A stretch of DNA of 64,000 bases from Eledone cirrhosa. Its lineage: Eukaryota. The DNA lies in contig OZ024740.1 of the NCBI GenBank assembly GCA_964016885.1, forward strand, positions 294,066,001 to 294,130,000, written 5' to 3'. Under the pieces are notes generated by a model. The model was not told the DNA's origin and searched no databases. It saw nothing but the letters and a program-made list of their open reading frames with translations. A program made the position numbers and the translations under genes. This document shows, in pieces, positions 53,932-64,000 of the stretch (positions are counted from its first letter, which is position 1; every line of letters starts with the position of its first letter).

Positions 53932-54182
53932 ATATATATATATATATATAATATATATATATATATAGAGAGAGAGAATTAAACTACAATTTTAATAGAT
54001 ACGATTAGCATATAGAACACATGGCATATCTTATATATTTTCAATATGTTTATCGAATAATAGATAATGGAACAATAAAAATGATAAGACAACAGACAAA
54101 ATAGTTTATGAGATTTAGTTATGTACCTGTTACATTCTGAAGCTCAAATCCCACCATGCTTGACTTTGTCTTTCAGTCCCCT

Positions 54183-54805
54183 GTATATAGCTATGGTGCA
54201 GCCACACTTAGAATTTGCATCACCAGTCTGAAACCCCTATCTTGCTCAGAACATTCACCTCCTGCAAACTGTTCAGAGACGTGCAACCAAGCGAATACCC
54301 TCCATCAGGCATCTACCATACTCTGAATGCCTTGCTTCTCTGGGCATGGATACATTGAAGCTCCAACGTCTGGCAACTGACTTGGTAAACATCCACAAAA
54401 TCATTAACCATCTTGCCAAGAACAACCCTGAGCACCTTTTTGATTTCCATGTGTCTAACATCCATGGGCAAGCCCACAAAGTAAGAAAACAGCACAGCCT
54501 CCATGACTTTCTGAAACATTTTTTCATGCTCAGAGTTGCTGAAGCATGGAACAAACTACCTGCATCAGTTGTTAGCTGCCGGGACACTGCATCCTTTAAA
54601 ACTTCCATGCTTCCTGAAATTTACCAACACTACACCTGATATTCCCCCTCCATACACACGCACACATTTATATCATGATTCATAACCTGTTCACTTTCTT
54701 GACATTTGTACATTATTCTATTTACTATGCATGCACCTTCGATGAGTTGTAGTGCACCTGAGCACTGTACCCAATAATTTCATTATTATTATTATTATTA
54801 TTATA
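54183..54805 (+). mobile_element. CR1 3' fragment (same family as 18981-20328)
   Basis: ORF 54346..54639 is nearly identical to the end of 19131..20222. (ATT)n tail. Confidence 0.88.
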
Positions 54806-55223
54806 AGCAATGAATCCCACTATGCTTGACTTTGCCTTTCAGCCCCTTAAGATTATTAACATAAGCAGTAAATCCCACCATCCTTGACTTTGCCTTTCAG
54901 CCCCTCATGATTATTAATATAAGCAGTCATATATTGGGTCAATTTTAATAATCTCTACATCTCTATAAATTCATCTTCATTTGTTACTGATATATTAAAT
55001 TTCAACTGCTGGTCTTCCACGAACAACCTTGCCCAAACTTGTGCCTCGGAGGGCAACTTTCTAGGTGCAAAATCCCATGGTTACTCATGACCAAAGGGGA
55101 TCTTTACCCTATTAAATTAAAACAAAAATACCAACTGTTGGGAATGGAAATATTTCCTCTGTGTCAGAAACCATTACAAAGATATAAATTGTAATGATTT
55201 TACTCATATTTTGTATTTAACAA

Positions 55224-56087
55224 CTAGCAGTAAGGTATTTTGGAATGCGGGCCGCCAACAGACCTAATTGTGGAAAAACTGCATGCCTGGACAATATGTA
55301 AAAAAATAAACCGAATACTCTGATGACGAGATAATCTTTAAGATTTTCCTCGATTAAGCAGGAAAAATGCAGGTTTTCACCTAGGATCCCCTAGGTGAAA
55401 ACCTGCATTTTTCCTGCTTCATCGAGGAAAATCTTAAAGATTATCTAGGGGATCAAGAAAATAAATTTATTTATAAAATGAAGTTTTCCACCTATGCGGG
55501 CCCTAGGCCATAAAAAAAATTGGATTTTCTTTGCTCACAGTATGAAGAGACTGACTAATACATAGTTACAATTTCAAGAAAATCGGTCTGACGTAACGCC
55601 TCAAAAAAACCCCTAAAAAGCTTAAAAAACGCAGTTTTTCACCTAATGCGGGCCCTAGGAGATAAAAAAAATTGAATTTTTTATGTGCATAACACTCCCT
55701 GAAACATAAGTAATACACATGTAAAGTTTTTTAAAAAAATCGGTTGGGTACTTCTCGAGTTTTAGGGATTCAAACTCACAGACACACACACACACGGACA
55801 GACATCCTCAGGGAAGTGACGTAATGCAGACAGCCAGACAGATATTATAAGGGCGCGACGTTATATGTATGTATGTATCTATCTAAAAAGAGAAAGACTA
55901 AGAATTATCGTCTAATGAGGTCCCTAGAGCATTGAAAATTTGAAATTTCTTTTGCTCAGAACACTCCCTGAAACATAAGTATTACATGTGTAAAGTTTGA
56001 AAACAGTCGGTTGGGTGCTTCTCTAGTTTTAGGGATTCAAACTCACACACACACACAGACAGACATCCTCAGTTTTATATATATAGA
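55224..56087 (-). mobile_element. Non-autonomous Helitron-like element with internal palindrome and duplication
   Basis: The minus strand begins A|TCTATATATATAAAACTGAGGATGTCTGTCTG and ends ...CTGCTAG|T (TC...CTAG between A and T). No clear subterminal hairpin seen. Confidence 0.6.
55329..55446. repeat. Palindrome, 57-bp arms, 4-nt loop, one mismatch
   Basis: Centre cctagg-atcc-cctagg. Confidence 0.9.
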
Positions 56088-58046
56088 TTAGAATTTTCTT
56101 TTTTTTTTTTTTCTTCTTTTTTTGAGGATAAAATATTGTAAATCTATTTTTACATCTACTACATATATTCAATAAAATCTTTGGTTTATTTTTGCTGTTG
56201 AATATTTTTTACAGATTAGAATTAACCCTTTAGCAATTAAATTGGTTGTATCCAGCCAGAATTCTCTCACCTCTTTCTGTTCAAACCGGCTGTAACAGGT
56301 CACTTATACTGATATATTGTTTGCAAAATAAATAATATCAAAATCTCATAGATTCGATATTATGTGAGATAAAGCCTTTACCGTGAAAATATAATAGTAA
56401 ATATAGAGTAATGTAAATGCTAAAGTGTTAAATAATAATTTCGTAATAATACTGAAGTATTTCCATTCTCAATAGACATAAAATACAAGAAAAACGTTTT
56501 ACTAATATTGTTTTATTTTTGATAAATAATATATCTGAGAGGGTTGAACTGCACTTTTTTTCAGTAACACCTCTCTGTTTTTTTTTTTTGTCCCTTTCTG
56601 TAATACTCCCTCCCCCTCCAAAATAACCAAATATGGATTATTGTAAAACAAAGTGTGCATGTACTCAGTAATTATATTTCAACATTACATTCATATTTCC
56701 ATCATTTAATAATCAACAGAGAATATAAACTTCGAAAATTACAAAATACTATTTCGGCTGTGATAAAAACAAGTGAAATTGATCATTAACATTCGAAATA
56801 AAAATAAAATAATATTTGAACTGTTTGGTCAAAACCTTGATGAATTACTCTAGAGGATACAGTTAAAAAAAACTTGCTGTTTCCAACCCCCACAAAAGCG
56901 TATTTAGAAATATTTTGGAATTAAAATTAGTAATTAATACAAATTTCATAACTTTCAAAACATTGGACATTAAATTTATTTCATTATTACAATAAAAAAG
57001 TGTTATTTCAAATTTTCTAAATCATGATTTCTTATAAAATTAATTGAACAGAAAAAATATTTGTCTAATTCATTGATGTATGTAGTTTTAAGATATTTTT
57101 GCAAACATTAAATATTTTTAAAATATATGACATCAAAAATGAAAGTGTCTCTATATTTTAGAAAACAGTTTCGGTGGAAAAACAAAATATCTGAACAGGG
57201 CCAAAAAATTACACAGAAATCCAATGCAAAAACCAATTTCAGTTTAGTAAGTTTCCAAAATTCCATAGCATATAGTGCGCAGAAATTTTCAAAACTAACT
57301 AAACAAACAAACAAAAAAAATTAATGGTGAATCTATCCAAAGATTGACTGAAATGTTTGTATAGATCCACCATATTAATTGAACTTCAGAGAATTAGAGC
57401 TTTAAATACAGAAATTAAGATTTCTTTCATATGGCCCATGCTGTTCAGAGCTAATATACTCTTGGGAAAAGAAAAATCTCAAGAGAAAATAGCAAAAGGT
57501 AAGACAGAAAACTAAAAATACCTGCCCAAAGGTCACAATTTAAAATAACTGATAACAATGAAAATTAATATACTGTAATGTTAATAGAGAACGTGACAGT
57601 GATTTGAAAGATGGTTGGCATGTGTGTAAAATAAAAAAATATTCTTTTAAAAATACTCTCAAAAGTAAAATAACAGACTGAAAAAAATAAACCCCACCTA
57701 GCAGAAATGTCTGCTACCTTTTATGTTAATATGATCAAAGATCAACTGCAAAGGAAAAAAATGGAGTTTTAAATAAAAGGCTGGTTTTATTGCTTAGATT
57801 ATCAACTGCAAAAAAAAAAAAATACATAAATACATAAGAGCAACTACAAATAAAGTGCTTACCAATTAAAAGATCTATCAAATATGAATTTAAATTGGTA
57901 GAAATAATTACACAAGATTAATATCTAACTTATACACAAATATTGCTTTTGCCATATGTAATAACAGAGTACAAAACACTATACCATTCTGAAATATTTC
58001 TAAGTAACTTTTTTTTATAGACCCATAATGTTGAATAATTTAAAAT

Positions 58047-58166
58047 TTATAAAAATGTCAATCCTGCATCTTCGTATACTTTGAAGATTTTCTCTATTGA
58101 AGTTATGTAGGCTGCTGTCCGTAAGTCTAAGCCAAGATTGTATTTCATGGCAGTTCGCATGATGTT
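58047..58166 (-). CDS. GLUD1: Glutamate dehydrogenase (mitochondrial), terminal coding exon
   Basis: ttccag|[39 protein letters not shown]; matches the animal GDH C-terminus (human [20 protein letters not shown]...AGVTFT). Confidence 0.97.
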   Translation of the reverse strand, partial: NIMRTAMKYNLGLDLRTAAYITSIEKIFKVYEDAGLTFL

Positions 58167-58221
58167 CTGGAATATAAACAAATATAATATGTAAAATAAG
58201 AAGGAAAAAAAAAAAATAAAG

Positions 58222-58475
58222 ATACTACCTATGTCATTAACCCCTTAGTTACCATATTTCTAATGAAAGGCACTACTTATGTCTTTAACCCTTTCATTAC
58301 CATATTTCTGATAAAAGGCACTGTCTATGACATTAACTACTTCATTACCATATTTCTAATGAAAGACACTGTCTATGACATTAACCCCTTCGTTACCATA
58401 TTTCTAATGAAAGACACTGTCTATGTCATTAAGCCTTTCATTACCTTATTTCTAATGAAAGACACTACCTATGGT
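58222..58475. repeat. 48-bp minisatellite, ~5 copies, in a GDH intron
   Basis: Unit ~gacactgtctatgacattaaccccttcgttaccatatttctaatgaaa. Confidence 0.85.
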
Positions 58476-59513
58476 TTTCAAAGCGGTTTAAAAATAATTG
58501 AGAACTTTTTATAAATAGTGGGAAAATGCGAAACATATTAGAATAATACAGTGTTAACAACATACTCTAAATAAGAAAGGAAATAAGCTGATTATCAGGT
58601 CAGACAAGGAAAATTATGTTTCTATTGGTCTTTCCAAGCTGAACAACTGTAAAATAAATACAGTGCTCAACCGAAACTATTACAGAAGTGTTTATAGCAC
58701 AGAACACATCTTGATCAATCATAAAATATGTACATGAAACACAAATGCCTAACCCAGAATATTACAGATGATTGTTAACCCTTTCAATACCAACCCACTG
58801 AAATCCATCCATTTTAAAGGGTTTACATTCAGATTTAAATCTTACAACATAATTTTATATAAGAACCTTACATTAAGTTACTATCTTAGTAATGAAATAA
58901 TAAATAATTTTAATAAATGTCTCTGGTTTTATAAAATAAAACCATCCATAATAAAATGTTCCCATTTAAATTAAAATCTTCCAACATAATTTCATATAAG
59001 AACCATACATTAAATTACTATCTTAGTAATGAAATAACTAATAATTTTTATAAAGACCTCAAAATTCTTCATTAATTAATTGAAATAGAGTGTATTTCAT
59101 AAGAAATGTGGTCATGAAAGAGTTAATAACACATCCTGGTTAGCCATGAAACATGTTGACTAAACCCATGTCAACAGAAAAAAAATCAAAATGAAAAGTA
59201 AATTTCTAATTTCTATTTAATACCAAAATTCTTTAACTCTTGACACCAACCCACCCCAAACTGCCTCTGATTCTATAAAACTGAACCACTCATTTTATAG
59301 GCTTTCTATTAAAATTAAACTCTTCCAATATGACTTGATATAAAAACCTTTTGTTAAATTATGTTACAAATACTATTGTAATAATGAACTAAATAATTTT
59401 AGTAAATCCCTTCAAATTCTTCATGAAATAATTCAAATACTATAGTGTATTTCATGAGAAATATAGTACTGAAAGGGTTAACAATGTAATAAAATATTTA
59501 AAGGATTACTTAC

Positions 59514-59576
59514 CCTAGCTGACCTCTCCATAGTATATTCAAGACCTGAATGAACAATGTCTTTTTCAGAAGCACC
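59514..59576 (-). CDS. GLUD1: Glutamate dehydrogenase, penultimate coding exon (63 nt, pivot helix)
   Basis: ttacag|GASEKDIVHSGLEYTMERSAR|gtaagt; phase 0/0 and in frame with the terminal exon. Confidence 0.97.
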
Positions 59577-60539
59577 CTGTAATAGAATAAAAACAATTGT
59601 TTCTTAAGATTACAGTGCCTATGTAGTTTATTGAATACATTTTTAAATGATTAGAATATAAATATAAATTGCTTTTATATAAACAAATACTCATGAACCT
59701 CTAACTCCTGGTGGAGTCATAGAGCATTCAAACCTGCAGGAGCCCATCCCTCTCCATGTCTGAGCACAGTTAAGAGAATCGACCACAGTACTAGATAGGT
59801 ACTTTATTTATCGATCTCAAGTTGATGAAAGGCAAAGTTGACCTCGCGAGAATTTGAACTAAGAGGACAGAGAGTGGAATAAATACAACAAACAATTCTA
59901 TCCAATGTTCTAATGACTTTATGCTATATATTTATAAATATACATCTCTGCAGTGACTTTCCTTATTGCATATGCAATGATATATGAAATAAAATCGAAA
60001 CAAGGTCATGTCCAGACAACAGTTTACACACAGACAAAAACTCATATCAACTTCATATATACATTTATGCATATCTTTCTACGTGATCTGGGGTTCAAAT
60101 ACTCTAAGCCTTCTTGGTCATCTATATTTACACACAAATACAAATATATATCTGTGCATGTCTATGTTTGTTTGATCTGAATGCATATCTGTATGTGTGT
60201 GCATGAGTAACAACTGTCTCGACTAATGCCTTGAGAACGAATAGGTATACAGAAACTGTGTGGAAGCCTATCATATAATATTTATATATATATATATGCA
60301 TATTTTTTGTTATGGTTAAGTGATGAGTCTTGTTACTCTGGAGTTTCACCTGTGTACAATATCACATGGAGATATATATTATATCTGTTCTTTAATGGCA
60401 GCCTTAAGCCCCTGACAGTACAAGACTCTCTTCCCTGGATGGGGCACCAATCCCTGGCAGAGTTAACTCACAGCTGCTGCTAGTATTCATTTTCAGCAGA
60501 CTGAACTGGAGCAAAGGACCAGAAGGATCAACTGCAGAT

Positions 60540-61330
60540 TATGGAGCAGAAGAGCTTGAGAGCTGTACAATGAATGGAGGGAGACATCCTTCACAGTTCA
60601 GATAGTGGTTTGTAAGAGGTGCAGTGCCTAATAAACTTTGCCCAGTTTTGGTGGGAGGGGTACTTTCTTCAGGCATTGTAGACCTTGGTTTTTGCCTAAA
60701 GATGGTTTTGTAAGAAGAGAGATTCAGCCACATGCCTATTTCTGATGGGACAGGATTGAAGCAGATATGTTGCCGGGGATAGTTAGCATAAAACTGATGA
60801 AGATCTGACCGGCTAACTTGATGTGCCATAGGGTCATTGGGTGTGGATGGTATTGAGTTGTTTGTGGTTGCATTTTAGGTAGTTATGATAAGGCAATAGT
60901 CAGATGACCTAAGAGAGGCAAGAATAGAAGTTAAGTTTCAAGGTGAAAAAGAGGGTGTTTGAACTGCTTGTATGTCAGTGAGGGAAGAAATAAGTTGGTG
61001 TAAAGGGTCTAGAATAGTGAAAGATTCAGTTTCTGTACCTGCAACATCAGTATTGTGTAGGTATGAGTGCTGTGAGAAATTGTGAGCTATGTAGTCACTG
61101 AGAAAGATGACATTGGAGAAGGGTTAATACCTTTTGGAATGTAGCCTGGACAGTAGAGATGTACTATAGATAAGGATTGAGAAATTTGGGTCATGGTGAA
61201 GGATAGGATGTGGGGTTTGTATGTGAGTAAAAGGTGATGAGGGGTCTAGGTCTGAATGCTTGTAACAATAAAGTCACCCATGGACCAAATGTTGGTGTTA
61301 AACTAGGCAATGTGCTGGAACTCCCAAAAA
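60540..61330 (-). mobile_element. Old degenerate LINE (APE-region) remnant
   Basis: Higher-GC block with a GDF-like codon context near 61270-61285. Weak. Confidence 0.3.
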
Positions 61331-62383
61331 GGTGAGGCAGATGGAGATTTTATGTCATTAATAACAAGACTACAAGACTGTTGACCAAGAGGGAAGCAAG
61401 CATAGTGTGTGCAGTTCCATTTTTTGTTTGTTGACAACAGAGAGAGAGAAAGAGAGTGAGAGAGCATACAAGAAGAGATCGCACTATCAGTCTGACCAAT
61501 GTGTTCACATCAATCACAAATCTATAAAGAGACAAATTCTGTAAAGGAGGGAAAATTTAAAGCAAACAATCTACTTATTTAATATAATTTGTTTTCAGAA
61601 TTGATCTTTAACTGTGAAGTACATCTGTGTGTGTATGTATGAGTGTGTGTGTATGTATGTACGCATGTATGTATATGACAGCCTCCTTAGTGCTAGTGAT
61701 CTACACAATAAAAGCACCCAGTACACGCTGTAAAGTGGTTGGTGTTAGGAAGAGCATCCAGCCATAGAAAGTTTTCCAAACAAGGGGTTAGGAGGACACT
61801 TTAGTTTGTACAAAAAGACATCACAACTCTCTTCTCTGCACTGTCTAGGAGGTATAGCTTCAGTACGGGTCTATGAAGACCCGTCCAAGCCTTGCTAGCA
61901 GGGAAAGTGAATGCTAAATCATTTTGTTCTTCACTCTGCCAATTTACTACCATCAAACTTCACTGGTCAAAAAATAGTACTGAAGTTTTAATGTCTGTAT
62001 TTCTACAGTATCAAAGGTCTACAATTCTAGAAATTAATTACATTTCTAGTTCCAAGATGTTTACTTAATTCTTAATATCCTGTAATGATTTAGCAGAAAA
62101 TATATAAAAATGAGTCTGTTGATTCAAACGCTTACAGTATTTTTACTAGTGAAAATTTTCAGTAAACTAAAGTAAAGATGATTTAGCCATAGTGCTGTTT
62201 TGTACTTTTTCAAAAATGTCTTGCCAGTCATTCAATGAACTGCTTATCATTATCATAGCTTTTACACTGATTTTTCCATGCTGGCATGGGTTGAATAAAA
62301 CTTTTCAACACAGTATTTTACAGCTGGATGCCCTTTCTGACACCAACACTTTTAGTTGCCTCCTATAACACGTAAGGAAATGG

Positions 62384-64000
62384 TATCATCATCATCATCA
62401 TCATCGTTTAACGTCTATCTTCCACGCTAGCTTGGGTTTAGACAGGAATTGTCCAACTTGAGGCAAGATTGGTCGGGAGACCGTGACTCGCTCGTATATG
62501 ATTGTCTGGCAGGTTTTCTACAGCTGGATCCCCTTCCTAACACCAACCCCGTTTACAGTGTGGACTGGGAGGTTTTTACCATGTTACCTACACGGTCACA
62601 TTACAGCGTGGACTGTGTGTTTTTTTGTCCTGACACCTACACAACCTCATTTATTTTGGACTGGATGTTGGGGTACCAACATAACTTTACAGAGAGAGGG
62701 TGGTGCTGGTGGGTGGAGTAGTGGTAGTGGGACGGGGGTGTATATTTGGTTAAGAGGTGCCTACTGACTGTAGGTTTCGCTATGTACATAGGCAAGGCGG
62801 GTCTTCTGTATTACTGCGTAGTGCCAAAGATCTCGGTCCAGTGACATTGTCTTAGAGAGGTGTAAGTGTGTAAGGTCGGAATTTATCAAATCGTCCCAGG
62901 TAACTTCCATCAATTTTGACAGCTATCGTCTTTCATGCGCATCACGTGACCATACCAACGAAGTCTTCTTTCGAGTAAACAGCATCTGATCCCTCTTATT
63001 CCTAATTTCTCACTTAGTTCATTTATGCTTTGCCATTCGCGTATATTACTATTACACATCCAACAGAGCATGCATGCTTTATTCCTCTCCAGTCTGCGCA
63101 GGTCCTCTGCACACAATGCCCATGTCTCACTGCCATGTAACATTGCTGTTCGTATGCACGCATCATACAATCTGCCTTTCATTTTTAGAGAGAAACTTTA
63201 GTGGCTAATAGTGGTATAAGCTCTCTGAACTTTTTCCATCCCGTTCTGACTCTGGCTACTGTACTTTCAGAGCACCCTCCACCACTGCTGATCTTGTCAC
63301 CCAGGTAACGGAATGTGTCCACTATTTCTATAGAACCATCTGGGCAATAGAAGGAGCTAGTATCCTGTGGGCACTTGCTACTTATTGCACCTGTGCATTG
63401 GCCACATATAAAATCTACGTTCTTAGATAGCTTACCTGTGATCCCACTACATCTTTTATGTACCCATAGTTTGCATTTGGGACATAAAATGGAATTTCTG
63501 CCTACTCCTTTCCTACACACTGAGCACTACTATCTCCGAAGGCCCAGCTGCTTTGCTTGTCTTCATATCTTTGATTACCTTACTTATTATACTACCTTTA
63601 ACTTGCACCTTTAACTGGTCCCTCTACTGGATCGATTTAGGGCAGACTATCTTTTTCCCATTTATTCTCCTCATTTAGTAGTCTCTCGTAGTGACACTTC
63701 CAAGCTACCTTCTTATCAGCATTAGTGATGGCAAGTACACCATCATCATTATGGACACACTTCTCCCTGACAACATCACTGTTTTCCTTGACACATTGTC
63801 TTGCAATCCTGAACACCTCACGTTTTTGGTCCTCGTGTTGTAGAACATGCTTGAACTTTCTTTCCTCTGCTTTCCTTCTTGCAAAGTACACTTGTCTCCT
63901 AGCTTCTCTTTTGGCCACTTGATAGTGTTCTCTACTTCCCCCATACTTTCCAAGCTTGCTTTTTGGCCTTGATTGACTCCTCCACCACCATGTTACTCTC
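62384..64000 (-). mobile_element. RTE family A copy with internal deletions, in a GDH intron
   Basis: ORFs 63637..63918, 63185..63520 and 62910..63182 match family A. (GAT)n tail. Confidence 0.88.

Noticed and set aside
55316-55465. CTGATGA followed by a long hairpin and GAAA as a hammerhead
   Set aside because: No stem I complement or UH site; GAAA is not adjacent to the stem.
58222-58514. CRISPR-like array or repeat protein (83-aa ORF)
   Set aside because: A spacerless 48-bp tandem repeat in a eukaryotic intron, antisense to GDH.

Overview
Eukaryotic (animal) genomic DNA, very probably an octopod cephalopod; this is inferred from the SINE families, RTE/Penelope content and huge (TA)n arrays. 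Bases 1-44.6 kb are a nest of young retroelements inserted into one another and into microsatellites: RTE LINEs (some with a PHD finger inside the RT), a full-length Tx1/L1-type element, CR1 fragments, a DD37D-like transposon, one near-complete and several partial Penelope-like elements (PLEs), and tRNA-derived SINEs. Bases 44.6-64 kb are AT-rich and older. They carry the last two coding exons of mitochondrial glutamate dehydrogenase (minus strand), a candidate first exon of another gene, a non-autonomous Helitron and TTAA MITEs. The most notable signal is at least 11 minimal type-I hammerhead ribozyme motifs, plus degenerate ones. Most lie in short non-coding elements embedded in (TA)n, and several of those fold back into near-perfect palindromes that put a hammerhead on both strands. 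The (IY)n ORFs are microsatellite artefacts. All calls are by eye; no searches or folding programs were run.
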